Shown: positions 49,749 through 58,916 of the stretch, piece by piece
How the letters are laid out: each line of letters opens with the position of its first letter
Position numbering within the stretch: position 1 is the stretch's first letter
Assembly: GCA_016927115.1 (NCBI GenBank)
Contig: JAFGNH010000170.1
Span: 7,541-71,540, forward strand
Direction: 5' to 3'
DNA: 64,000 bases
DNA from: Anaerolineales bacterium
GTDB taxonomy: Bacteria > Chloroflexota > Anaerolineae > Anaerolineales > E44-bin32
Notes under the pieces: generated by a model
The model's database searches: none
What the model was told of the DNA's origin: nothing
The model's input: the letters and a program-made list of their open reading frames with translations, nothing else
Program-made: the position numbers and the translations under genes

Positions 49749-50852
49749 TCACATGCTCATTTGTGACGTATAAGCAGCTGTTTGTATCGATGCTTTTTGT
49801 CCAGGACGCCGTGCCTTCAACTTGTAAACCTGGGCCAGGATTTCTGCGATGGCCATATAAAACTCGGGTGGTATCTGTTGATCGACTTCTACAGCTGCAT
49901 ACAGGGCTCTCGCCAGCGGGACATTCTGGATGACAGGAATATTCTTTTCTGTGGCCAGATCACGGATCCTCTCAGCCACCTTATAAGCGCCTTTCGCCAG
50001 CACAACGGGAGCCTTCATTTTTTCAGCTTCATATCCGAGTGCGATCGCCAGATGGGTGGGGTTTACTATCACCACGTCAGCCTTGGCAACATTGGAAAAC
50101 ATGCGCTGTCGGGCAAAAGCCATCTGCTTGGATCGGATCCGGCTCTTCAGGAACATATCGCCTTCAGACCGCTTCCTGTCTTCTTTGACTTCCTCTTTTG
50201 TCATCCGTAATGATTTTTTCGTCTGCCATAGCTGGTATCCATAGTCTGCCGCAGCCAGCAGCAGGTATGCGCCGCCTACCCGGAAAAACAATGCCAGCAC
50301 CATGGATCCCCATTCTTCCACAGCTGCTCTCATATCCATCTGGATCAGGTTGAGCAGCCGGTGCTGTTCGGACTGGAGAAATCGGTAGACTATAAAGCCG
50401 ACTATTCCCAGCTTCAGAATGCCCTTCAGCAGTTCCACCAATCCCATCCCCGAGAAAATCCGTTTAAAACCATCAATTGGATTGATCTTTTTCAAATCAA
50501 AACCCAGTCGTTTGGTAGCAAACATCAACTTGGTCTGAGCAACCGTAATACCCACACCACAAACAAGAAAAGCAAGGATGATCAGGGCCATCTGCGGCAA
50601 AAGCATCATTATCTCTTCCCTGATAAGTGCGCCCAGCCATTGGCTGGTTGCCTCAGCAGAGGGCAGTTTTATAAGAACATCCTTCATCGCCACACCAAGA
50701 TTTACAATCAGCAACCTGACCGGATTCCCCATCAACACTGCAGCCAGGAGCAGGCCTGCAGCGGCATTTAGCTCACGGCTGTATGCTACCTGGCCCTGCT
50801 CTCTTGCTTCCTGCAGCCTTCGTGGGGTTGGGGCTTCTGTTCGGTCAGCCAT
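49749..50852 (-). CDS. flhB: flagellar export switch protein FlhB
   Basis: MADRTEAPTPRRLQEAREQGQVAYSRELN..., LRMTKEEVKEDRKRSEGD, and the autocleavage site VIVNPTHLAIAL. Confidence 0.95.
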   Translation of the reverse strand: MADRTEAPTPRRLQEAREQGQVAYSRELNAAAGLLLAAVLMGNPVRLLIVNLGVAMKDVLIKLPSAEATSQWLGALIREEIMMLLPQMALIILAFLVCGVGITVAQTKLMFATKRLGFDLKKINPIDGFKRIFSGMGLVELLKGILKLGIVGFIVYRFLQSEQHRLLNLIQMDMRAAVEEWGSMVLALFFRVGGAYLLLAAADYGYQLWQTKKSLRMTKEEVKEDRKRSEGDMFLKSRIRSKQMAFARQRMFSNVAKADVVIVNPTHLAIALGYEAEKMKAPVVLAKGAYKVAERIRDLATEKNIPVIQNVPLARALYAAVEVDQQIPPEFYMAIAEILAQVYKLKARRPGQKASIQTAAYTSQMSM

Positions 50853-50858
50853 TTATCC

Positions 50859-51620
50859 CTATCCTGCCAGTAAATTCATCATACGCTCCCCCATCCTCTC
50901 AAACAGATTGAAAATGAAGGGATAAAGCACATTTAATGCAATCGCCAGGCCAACGAGCGCCAGACCTGCTTTCAGGGGAATCGCCAGAAAAAATACCTGA
51001 ACCTGCGGGGCAACCTTGGCCAACAATCCGAAAGCAATTTCCACCAACAGCATCGCACCCAGGATCGGTAACGACATATGGATCCCGGTAGATACCAACT
51101 GAGCACTGGTAAGCATCAACTTCCCCATTGAGAATCCAGTAATCGAGCCATTGATGGGGAATATTTCAAAGGTCCTCTGAGTCGCAAGCAGCACCTGAAA
51201 ATGACCATCCATCAGCAGAAAAATCATAATTGCAAGAATAGACAGAATGCTGCTGTAAGAAGTACCCTGTTCCTGGAAAGCCGGATTAAGCATCTGGGCT
51301 GATCCAAACGCACTGGAGGTACTCATGACTTCCCCGGCAATCTGCAGTGCCCCGAAAGTGAGTGCTGCACCAAAACCAGCCAATGTTCCGGTCAGGATTT
51401 CTTTTCCAATCGCAAGGCTGAAACCCAGCAGCGGCATTGCTGCCGAGTCTGCCGGCAGTACGTTCCAGGGCAGCAGCACAAACGTCAGGATCAAACCAAA
51501 TCCTATGCGCACCATGTTCGGGACCAGACGCCCGGCAAGAACCGGGACATGGACCAGGACAGCCAGGATACGGGTGAGGGCCAGAAAAAAAAGCTGCGCC
51601 TGTGCAACTGATATGGTCAA
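50859..51620 (-). CDS. fliR: flagellar export apparatus protein FliR
   Basis: A hydrophobic 253-aa protein. The TTG at 51620 follows AGGACGAGG. The 60 codons upstream in the ORF track are Arg-rich and non-hydrophobic, so I discount them. Confidence 0.8.
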   Translation of the reverse strand: MTISVAQAQLFFLALTRILAVLVHVPVLAGRLVPNMVRIGFGLILTFVLLPWNVLPADSAAMPLLGFSLAIGKEILTGTLAGFGAALTFGALQIAGEVMSTSSAFGSAQMLNPAFQEQGTSYSSILSILAIMIFLLMDGHFQVLLATQRTFEIFPINGSITGFSMGKLMLTSAQLVSTGIHMSLPILGAMLLVEIAFGLLAKVAPQVQVFFLAIPLKAGLALVGLAIALNVLYPFIFNLFERMGERMMNLLAG

Positions 51621-51772
51621 AGTGATCCTCGTCCTTTCAGAATAAGGATACCTTTGCCCTTTCTTTCCGTCAGTAAAACATGGGTGAAGCACAGGTAAAA
51701 TTTGCGTTAATCCCCCTTCAAAAGGCTCAACTTCTGATGTCTCTGTCCGATAACCTTTCTTTCTGTTGCAAG

Positions 51773-51867
51773 TACTCCCCCTGCTCAATCTCCTCTGCAC
51801 TGCAGCTGCACAAGCCGGCAGCAGGCTTTGCCGGGCAATAAAAAACCGCTTTACTCCCCCTGCTCAA
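51773..51867 (-). repeat. 16-nt perfect direct repeat (TACTCCCCCTGCTCAA on +) at 51773..51788 and 51852..51867
   Basis: Read directly. The second copy overlaps the stop codon of the receiver gene. A CCGGCA/TGCCGG hairpin lies between the copies. Confidence 0.85.
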
Positions 51868-52262
51868 GCCAGGTCCGCCAGCCTTTTTAGCAGGACGACG
51901 GGATCGATCGGCTTCTTCAAAAAACCAGACACATTCAGTGGTGCTACTTGTTTGATCACTTCCTTGAATCCAAGTGCAGACATGAGGATAAAGTGCGGTT
52001 GGTGCATCGAAGAGTCCTCGCGTATTTTGCGGATCAGCTGTAGTCCGTTAATACCGGGGAGTAAAATCTCCAGGAGAACCGCGAAATACACTGTATTCCG
52101 CAGAAACACTTCAGCTCTTGCCGGATCCCCGGGGCATTCAACGCGATACCCTTCACGTTCAAGAATCATGTGCAGAAGATCCCTTTGAACCGCATCCGTT
52201 TCCAGAATGAGGATTTCTTTACCGGGCTTCCCGGAAGTCTGGCTTGCTGCAGTATCAGGCAA
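51864..52262 (-). CDS. CheY-like receiver domain protein with Glu at the phospho-acceptor position (pseudo-receiver candidate)
   Basis: Hand alignment to CheY: LVVDDFS/ILETDAV (D12->E, D13->T), VISDWNMP/VLLEILLP (D57->E), LMVTA/ILMSA (T87->S), VVKPF/LKKPI (K109 kept). Confidence 0.75.
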   Translation of the reverse strand: MPDTAASQTSGKPGKEILILETDAVQRDLLHMILEREGYRVECPGDPARAEVFLRNTVYFAVLLEILLPGINGLQLIRKIREDSSMHQPHFILMSALGFKEVIKQVAPLNVSGFLKKPIDPVVLLKRLADLA

Positions 52263-53106
52263 CAGCGGCTCCTATCTTCATCGCTGCATTGCACTCCTTT
52301 TTAAGATTCTCCAGCATCTCCGGATTCAGATTCAGAATCTCCAGTGAACTTTCATGAACAAAACGTCCCTCCAGAAAATCTGAACGAACAGAATCATTAG
52401 GGCTGAACGCATTGGCCAGGTTCACAACTGCAGAAATGGTATGGTCTTTTTTAGCTTGATCAGGCCGATGATGTGATTCGATCGCATCAACCAGGGACAG
52501 CGGAAACCGCCAGTGCTTGGCAATCAGCCCGCCTGCCTCAGCATGATGTATGCTGAACAATCTCTCCTCAATCTCCCAGAGAGGCTGTTTACTTGTCTGG
52601 AGAAGTTTCATGAGATGTTCTCTGTCTTTCAGAAGGTACTGGTCAAGCAGAAGTTTTCCAATATCATGAAGCAGGCCAGCCACATAGACTTCATCAGGGT
52701 TAGGAACTATCAGCGCTTGAGCAAGCCAGAGTGCGATTGTACCCGTGGAAACCGCATGCCGCATCATATCACCGCCACCCAGACTGTATCCCCGGAGCGA
52801 TCCGGACATCGAATCAGCTGCACCGACACCGAGAGTAATCAACTTTATCCGTTTCATCCCCAACCGTACAGCAGCTTCATTGATCGACCCACAGGTGCGG
52901 CCATATCCAAGTAAAGCTGAATTGGCAACTTTTAGAACTTCCGCTGTCAGCACCTGATCCATGCTGATGAAATTCGCAATGTTGCCTATAGACGTTTCCG
53001 GATCCTCAACCGCTCTGAGCACCCTGGTCACACTGTTGGGCATCGGCTTCAACCGCCTCGCAGCTTCAAATATTCGTGTTTTAAGTGGATTGACTGATGA
53101 AGACAT
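52255..53106 (-). CDS. HDOD domain protein
   Basis: IANFISMDQVLTAEVLKVANSALLGYGRTCGSINEAAVRLGMKRI...AGLLHDIGKLLLDQYL...HHAEAGGLIAKHW. Its stop overlaps the receiver start by 8 nt. Confidence 0.8.
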   Translation of the reverse strand: MSSSVNPLKTRIFEAARRLKPMPNSVTRVLRAVEDPETSIGNIANFISMDQVLTAEVLKVANSALLGYGRTCGSINEAAVRLGMKRIKLITLGVGAADSMSGSLRGYSLGGGDMMRHAVSTGTIALWLAQALIVPNPDEVYVAGLLHDIGKLLLDQYLLKDREHLMKLLQTSKQPLWEIEERLFSIHHAEAGGLIAKHWRFPLSLVDAIESHHRPDQAKKDHTISAVVNLANAFSPNDSVRSDFLEGRFVHESSLEILNLNPEMLENLKKECNAAMKIGAAVA

Positions 53107-53120
53107 TCGAACACCTGAAT

Positions 53121-53390
53121 CTAATAGATTAATTCCGGAAGACTGGTCAGCAGATCCCGGGTAAAAGAAAGCAGCTGCTGCCCCATCCAGGACCCCAGGA
53201 TGGCAAAGATTAATCCCACACCGAGTATTTTTGGCACAAAGTTCAGGGTCGTTTCACTGATCTGAGTAGCTGCCTGGAACAGACTTACCAGGCTACCGAT
53301 GACAAGGCTCGCAAGCAGAAATGGGCCGGCGAGAATAAGCGCAGTCATCAGCGCGTTCTGCCCCAGGTTCAGTACATATGTTTCGGTCAC
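53121..53390 (-). CDS. fliQ: flagellar export apparatus protein FliQ
   Basis: 89 aa. LILAGPFLLASLVIGSLVSLFQAATQISETTLNFVPKI. Confidence 0.9.
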   Translation of the reverse strand: MTETYVLNLGQNALMTALILAGPFLLASLVIGSLVSLFQAATQISETTLNFVPKILGVGLIFAILGSWMGQQLLSFTRDLLTSLPELIY

Positions 53391-53425
53391 CTCTTCCTCC
53401 AGGTGCTGTTTAATACATTTCAGGA

Positions 53426-54184
53426 TTACTGGAAACTGGCCACCAACGACTGGGTGATCAGGTACCAGCCATCCACCATCACAAACAGAAGAATCTTGAA
53501 CGGAAGGGAAATCAGCGATGGCGGAAGCATCATCATTCCCATTGAAAGCAGAATACTTGAAACCACAAGGTCGATTAATAAGAATGGCACATAGATGACA
53601 AATCCCATGAGAAATGCTGCTCGAAGTTCACTGATCACAAAAGCCGGCAGCAGTGCAATAGTGGGAATATCCTCTTCAACTGCCGGTGCATCCAGGTCCT
53701 GAATCGCCAGGAACAACTCGAGATCTTTCTCCCTGGTATGGGTAAACATAAACTCCCGCAGTGGGTCCATTGCCCGCTCTAACGCGGTGTCCTGGTCAAT
53801 TTCCTCATTCAGATACGGCTGGAAAGCTTCCTGATCCATTTGATTATAGACCGGCATCATGACAAAGAAAGTGAGGAGAAGCGAGAGACCCAGGATGACC
53901 TGCGTTGGTGGCGCGTTCGGGGTGCCAATGGCCGTGCGGACCATCGACAGCACTATCACAATCCGGGTGAAGGACGTTGTCAACACCAGGATTGATGGCG
54001 CCAGCGAGAGCACCGTTACCAATACAAGCAGCTGAACGCCGGAACTCACCTGTTCAGGTCCATCCGGTGTATCAATATTCAGCGAAAAGCCACTCGCTGT
54101 CGATTCTGGTACTGCTGCACAGGAGGATAAAGCTATCCCGAGCAACCCCAGTACCAGAAGAGTGATCCAGAATTTCTTTTTCAT
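53426..54184 (-). CDS. fliP: flagellar export apparatus protein FliP
   Basis: LAPSILVLTTSFTRIVIVLSMVRTAIGTPNAPPTQVILGLSLLLTFFVM...FVISELRAAFLMGF...PFLLIDLVVSSILLSMGMMMLPP. Confidence 0.95.
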   Translation of the reverse strand: MKKKFWITLLVLGLLGIALSSCAAVPESTASGFSLNIDTPDGPEQVSSGVQLLVLVTVLSLAPSILVLTTSFTRIVIVLSMVRTAIGTPNAPPTQVILGLSLLLTFFVMMPVYNQMDQEAFQPYLNEEIDQDTALERAMDPLREFMFTHTREKDLELFLAIQDLDAPAVEEDIPTIALLPAFVISELRAAFLMGFVIYVPFLLIDLVVSSILLSMGMMMLPPSLISLPFKILLFVMVDGWYLITQSLVASFQ

Positions 54185-54726
54185 TCCTGCTGGAAACCTT
54201 GCGTCACTTCCTGTATTTTGTCTTCGAATCTATCTGTTTCCAATTCTTCTGCAGAGCGTGCGAGTTCCTGGGCGAAAGAGGAGCCTGACTCCTGCCCGGA
54301 CGACCCCTTTCGTTCAGATTGAAGCTCTGATAGCAGTGACAGACCATGATCTGTTGCACCGATCAGGAACACACGCTTTCCAGCCCGGATAAGATGGACT
54401 GCCTGTTTCGGTGACAGATGTTTCGATTCCAGGATTTGCAGCTGTCGTGACCCTGCGCCAACAGAACCACTCTGCCAGCGCCGCATAAAATACAATCCGA
54501 TAAAAATCAGTCCGAGCAGGAATGTCGATTTGAGAATGATATCCAGTATCAATCCTGCAGAACCCGTCGCAGAAACGTTTGCCCGTTCAGATACTGTGGG
54601 GCTGCTTATCTGCTGAATGATCAGGGCTCCTGTGATAATGACTACAAGCAGAATGACTCCCCAGAGCCACTGCGGTATTCCTGCCGGTTTCAGTTTCCTG
54701 ATTAACTCGGAGAACCAGTTTTTCAC
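54181..54726 (-). CDS. fliO: FliO/FliZ-type flagellar export protein
   Basis: A TM segment, then LQILESKHLSPKQAVHLIRAGKRVFLIGATDHGLSLLSEL. It lies between fliN and fliP. Confidence 0.7.
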   Translation of the reverse strand: MKNWFSELIRKLKPAGIPQWLWGVILLVVIITGALIIQQISSPTVSERANVSATGSAGLILDIILKSTFLLGLIFIGLYFMRRWQSGSVGAGSRQLQILESKHLSPKQAVHLIRAGKRVFLIGATDHGLSLLSELQSERKGSSGQESGSSFAQELARSAEELETDRFEDKIQEVTQGFQQE

Positions 54727-55280
54727 GTTAAACCATTCCCTTTGTTGTAACTACCCATCATCTCGGTAATACGAACACCGAATTTATCATCAACCACCAC
54801 AACTTCACCCTTGGCGATCAATCGTTCATTAATCAGGATATCCACGACCTCACCAGCCATTCGATCGAGCTCAACAACCGACCCGGACTGCAGGTCAAGG
54901 ACCTCCCTTACAATCATTCGCGTTCTGCCCAGTTCAACGGTCACTTTAAGGGGAACATCCATCAGCATATCAATACTTGAACGTCCACTGTTTCCGTTTG
55001 AATCTGCAGGGGAGAGCGACTGAAAATCCGCTGCCATAATATTCCCGGGAGCATCCTGTGATGCCGGAGGAGCTGCAGCAGGAGTTAGCTCTGCTGCACT
55101 CTGGCTGCCGGTTTCCCCTGCAACATTAATATCCTGCTCCTGAAGCACCGAAAGATCTCCCAGAGTGGAAAGATCATCCTCCGATATTCCGATCGGATCG
55201 CCTTCCGGGACCATTCCTGCTTCTTCTGGTTGGACAGGCGCTGGAGCTGCCTGCTTCATTTCATCGCTCATATCAACCAC
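54723..55280 (-). CDS. fliN: flagellar switch protein FliN (SpoA domain) with acidic N-terminal region
   Basis: DVPLKVTVELGRTRMIVREVLDLQSGSVVELDRMAGEVVDILINERLIAKGEVVVVDDKFGVRITEM. Confidence 0.9.
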   Translation of the reverse strand: MVDMSDEMKQAAPAPVQPEEAGMVPEGDPIGISEDDLSTLGDLSVLQEQDINVAGETGSQSAAELTPAAAPPASQDAPGNIMAADFQSLSPADSNGNSGRSSIDMLMDVPLKVTVELGRTRMIVREVLDLQSGSVVELDRMAGEVVDILINERLIAKGEVVVVDDKFGVRITEMMGSYNKGNGLT

Positions 55281-55281
55281 C

Positions 55282-56325
55282 TCATTCTTCCTCGGCTACC
55301 AGATCAACCGGTTCCACCGAAACTATCTGGACAGCCATGCGCCTGCCTTGTTTGCCCGCCCTGGCGCGGAAACGTGTCCTTCCGGATATATTGACTTCAA
55401 GATCCTGGTCAATCCGCCTGTCCAGTCGGATAACATCTCCGGTGCCGAGATTGGCCAATTCACCGATGGTAAGATCAGCAGTGCCAAGAATAACCCTGAA
55501 GGGAAGTTTAATTCGGGATAGGCCTTCCATGGCATATTCTCTGGATTCGTTGTTGACTGTATTTTCTTCCCGGCCAACGATCCATGCATGCGGATTCAAC
55601 ACATCTGCAATCGGTTTCAACATTGCAAAGGGGAGATAGATACTCATCGTGCCGGTAACAGCCCCGATGGCGAGCTCAAATGTCACCAGCATCACGCGGG
55701 CATTGCCCATGATCATCTGAACCCAGTGGTGATTGGTTGTGCTGTCCTCGACATGCGGCTCCAGGGTAACAACTTTCCCCCACGAGGCTTTGATATCATT
55801 GAGCATATATCCGACGACGACATTCATCAGCGACTGCCCGATTTCCGTAATCGGCCCCGATCCAGTCACTTCATCCGTTGTATTTCCACCCAGCATGCGC
55901 CCCAGAACAACCCAGCTTATCTCCGAACTGACCGTGATCACAATTCTGCCCGGAAGCGGATCCAGATTTACCAGATGGTAAAGGCTTGAGGGAGAAAGGT
56001 CACGCATAAAATCATCAAAGCGCCCCTGTTCAATATGGACGACCCGCAAACGCATTTCAGAATGGAGGTAAGGCGGCAGTGTGCTGGAAAGACGCTCTGC
56101 AAGGTCCTCATGCACAAGTTCCACGGCCCGCATCTGATCTTTAGAGAATCGGTCAGGGGACCAGAAGTTATAGGGGCGTACCTGTTTTACAGTCTCCGCA
56201 CTAACTCCCTGCGATCCGGGATGACCACCCATGATCTCCGCAAGGTTGACACCTCCCCGAGAATCAGATTGTTCAACTTCGATAGCACCCGATAACAGGG
56301 CGTCAATTTCAGCTTGTGTCAGCAT
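55282..56325 (-). CDS. fliM: flagellar switch protein FliM
   Basis: N-terminal CheY-P docking motif MLTQAEIDALL. The middle FliM domain and a C-terminal SpoA-like segment (LGTADLTIGELANLGTGDVIRLD) are present. Confidence 0.9.
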   Translation of the reverse strand: MLTQAEIDALLSGAIEVEQSDSRGGVNLAEIMGGHPGSQGVSAETVKQVRPYNFWSPDRFSKDQMRAVELVHEDLAERLSSTLPPYLHSEMRLRVVHIEQGRFDDFMRDLSPSSLYHLVNLDPLPGRIVITVSSEISWVVLGRMLGGNTTDEVTGSGPITEIGQSLMNVVVGYMLNDIKASWGKVVTLEPHVEDSTTNHHWVQMIMGNARVMLVTFELAIGAVTGTMSIYLPFAMLKPIADVLNPHAWIVGREENTVNNESREYAMEGLSRIKLPFRVILGTADLTIGELANLGTGDVIRLDRRIDQDLEVNISGRTRFRARAGKQGRRMAVQIVSVEPVDLVAEEE

Positions 56326-56333
56326 GCAATCCT

Positions 56334-56951
56334 CTATTGAACAACAAATTCAGTGAAGTAGGCATAAATAATTACGTGCTCAGGCATCCGTTCATTCAAC
56401 GCGTCCACCAGTTCAACCCGCAGAATATCTTTCCCCTCCATGGTATACACATCTTCAAACGTCTTGGAAGAGAGGATGGTAGTAATGCAATCATTTATGA
56501 TCGGCATCCTTGCATTGAGTTCCTCGATGAAGGTTGTCAGGTAAACTTCCTGCTCTTCTGCCGTTATCGAGTAATACTCATAATCCTCTGGTGCGAATTC
56601 CAGCACAACAGTTGTGCGCAGGTACTTCCTGCCGGTCGGATCTGCCAGGTTGATCACCTTCGTGCCGGTATTGATCATAATCCCCTGCCCGGGAAGTACT
56701 TCTATACGAGGTTCCGGCACGCTCGCTACCTCATTCCCGGATTCAGTTTCCTGCTCCACTGCGGCTGAAGATACAACTGCCTCCTCCGTCGCACCGCTTT
56801 CGGCTCCCGATCCCGGATAAGTGAGGTGGATAGGTTTGGGGAAGGTGTCCGGTGTAAAGAGCAGGTAAACGATGCCAAGATTCAGGGCAAAGGTGGTAAA
56901 CAACACCAGCCCGACAAGCACTTTTCCAATAATTCCCATAATCTTACCCAT
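56334..56951 (-). CDS. fliL: flagellar basal-body-associated protein FliL
   Basis: A single N-terminal TM segment, then LADPTGRKYLRTTVVLEF...ILSSKTFEDVYTMEGKDILRVELVDALN. Confidence 0.8.
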   Translation of the reverse strand: MGKIMGIIGKVLVGLVLFTTFALNLGIVYLLFTPDTFPKPIHLTYPGSGAESGATEEAVVSSAAVEQETESGNEVASVPEPRIEVLPGQGIMINTGTKVINLADPTGRKYLRTTVVLEFAPEDYEYYSITAEEQEVYLTTFIEELNARMPIINDCITTILSSKTFEDVYTMEGKDILRVELVDALNERMPEHVIIYAYFTEFVVQ

Positions 56952-56960
56952 CGCTGCTCG

Positions 56961-57749
56961 TTATCCTCCTGGTAATTCAAGCTCTGATTCAGAGCTGGAC
57001 GTATTAAATAGATCGAAGTTCAGATTCAGGATTTCAGACTCGATCGGATAGATTATTATGATATCCGCCCGGCTGTTATAAGCACGGTGCTCCGCTGAAT
57101 CATTGGGAAACACAGGGCTGAACTCTCCTCTTCCACTTGCAGTCAGACGGTCAGGGGTGATTCCACTCTCAAGCAGATATTCCACCACTGTCACCGCCCG
57201 CTGAACGGAAAGCGCCCAATTAGATGATATTGACGGGTCAACGGGCGGGCTGTCATCAGTATGCCCTACCACGCGCACATCATTGTCCATATCCTGCAGC
57301 ATTTCAGCCAGACTATCCAACACCGGATAGGCAGAATCCTTCAGATCCGCAGTACCCGGATGGAAAAGCAGTTTCTCACTGATCGAAATCAACAGACCTT
57401 CAATGTTGTTATGAACACTCACATCACCAGCCATATCATGTGCGTTCAGAATGGTATTCATGCGGCTGGCTACATCCAGAGAATCCGTCAGACGCGCGGG
57501 CATATCATCAAGTGTGATCGGGGAAGGCGATGAATCGCCAGTGCCCGATCCACCCTGATTAATTCCAGGGTCCACCACCTGAGCCGGTCCGCCGGAAAAC
57601 GCCTCATGCAGGCTCTCAGCAAGCTCTTTATACTTCTCCAGATCCGTCTGCCCCATAGCATACAGAATCACAAAAAGCACGAATAGCAGTGTGATGAAAT
57701 CCGCATAGCTGACCAACCAGCGCTCTGAACCGCCGCCACCATGACTCAT
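56961..57749 (-). CDS. motB: stator protein MotB (OmpA-like C-terminus)
   Basis: ERWLVSYADFITLLFVLFVILYAM, then VRVVGHTDDSP...NWALSVQRAVTVVEYL...GRGEFSPVFPNDSAEHRAYNSRADI. Confidence 0.9.
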   Translation of the reverse strand: MSHGGGGSERWLVSYADFITLLFVLFVILYAMGQTDLEKYKELAESLHEAFSGGPAQVVDPGINQGGSGTGDSSPSPITLDDMPARLTDSLDVASRMNTILNAHDMAGDVSVHNNIEGLLISISEKLLFHPGTADLKDSAYPVLDSLAEMLQDMDNDVRVVGHTDDSPPVDPSISSNWALSVQRAVTVVEYLLESGITPDRLTASGRGEFSPVFPNDSAEHRAYNSRADIIIIYPIESEILNLNFDLFNTSSSESELELPGG

Positions 57750-58546
57750 GCTTCAGCTCCTGCGGTTGCTCCGGCCTGAGCAACTTCTTCCGCCCGGGAA
57801 GAAGGCGCAACGTAAGCCATCAGTTTGTCGCGTACCATTCGTGGGTTCTCACCGGCCTGCAGAGAGAGGATCCCCTCAACCAGCATTTCCCGGTAAGCAG
57901 CTTCCTTTTCGCTGTTGAAAGCGAGTTTCCCGCCGATAGGAAGCCAAAACACATTTGCCGACATAATTCCCCAGAGGGTAGCCAGGAATGCAGCTGCAAT
58001 TGATTCACCCAGTGCTCCGGGATCGTCCAGCTTCTTCAACACGCTGATCAACCCCATAACGGTACCGACAATACCCATTGTAGGGCCGTAACCGCCACAG
58101 GCATTAAAGAACCCGTAGCCGACCGCATGGCGATGCTTCATATTCTCGACTTCAATATGCAAAATCGCTTTAACCTGGGCTGGATCCACACCGTCAACCA
58201 CCAGCATGACTCCCTTACGCAGGAAGGCATCTTCCAGTGATTTAGCCTGGTCTTCCAATGCAAGCAAACCCTCTCGCCGTGCCTGGTCAGCCATGTCCGT
58301 CAGAATATCAATAGCCGGGACTGGATCAATTTCCTTTCCGGTAAAAGCGAGCATAAACAATTTGGGGAGATTCAGCATCGTTTTCAGGGGAACGGAAACG
58401 AGACTTGCCATCATGGCGCCACCCACTGTCAGCAAAATCGCCTGTGGATGTGCAAACAACTCCGCTGGTGATCCACCATCCAGAATCATGGCAAAACTGA
58501 TAATGACAAGCGCTAAAACCAGTCCAAGTATGGTTGCGAGATCCAT
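57746..58546 (-). CDS. motA: stator protein MotA
   Basis: MDLATILGLVLALVIISFAMILDGG..., GPTMGIVGTVMGLI..., AAFLATLWGIMSANVFWLPIGGKL. Confidence 0.9.
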   Translation of the reverse strand: MDLATILGLVLALVIISFAMILDGGSPAELFAHPQAILLTVGGAMMASLVSVPLKTMLNLPKLFMLAFTGKEIDPVPAIDILTDMADQARREGLLALEDQAKSLEDAFLRKGVMLVVDGVDPAQVKAILHIEVENMKHRHAVGYGFFNACGGYGPTMGIVGTVMGLISVLKKLDDPGALGESIAAAFLATLWGIMSANVFWLPIGGKLAFNSEKEAAYREMLVEGILSLQAGENPRMVRDKLMAYVAPSSRAEEVAQAGATAGAEA

Positions 58547-58758
58547 TAACCTTCTCCTGCTTCATCAATAACACGTTTCACCCTGACCTGACGCTGGTAA
58601 TCCAAAATTCGTTCCACGAGAATCTCGGGGGGTTCCAGGGCTATTATCTTTGTACCGTCTGTGAGGCTGATCACGGAGTCCGGTGTTCCTTCCACAAACT
58701 GGATCATCTCAGCATTTACATATAATTGTTTTCCATTTAAGCGTGTAACCCGGATCAT
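58546..58758 (-). CDS. flbD: flagellar protein FlbD
   Basis: MIRVTRLNGKQLYVNAEMIQFVEGTPDSVISLTDGTKIIALEPPEILVERI. Confidence 0.85.
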   Translation of the reverse strand: MIRVTRLNGKQLYVNAEMIQFVEGTPDSVISLTDGTKIIALEPPEILVERILDYQRQVRVKRVIDEAGEG

Positions 58759-58916
58759 ATCTATTCCTGAAAATTCAATTTTGTTCTGTGCGAACCCACT
58801 TCAGTAGCATAAATCGGAAAGATCAACAGGATCCGACTCCGGTTTCACTTTAACATGACACACAGTGCTTGTCCGTAAATCGCCTGTTAATGTGCGTAAA
58901 AACAACGCAAAAACGA

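Noticed and set aside
51621-51800. ORF-track start of fliR at 51800, giving a 313-aa protein.
   Set aside because: The extra 60 residues are Arg/Lys-rich and non-hydrophobic, unlike FliR. A TTG at 51620 with an AGGACGAGG RBS gives the typical ~253-aa protein.
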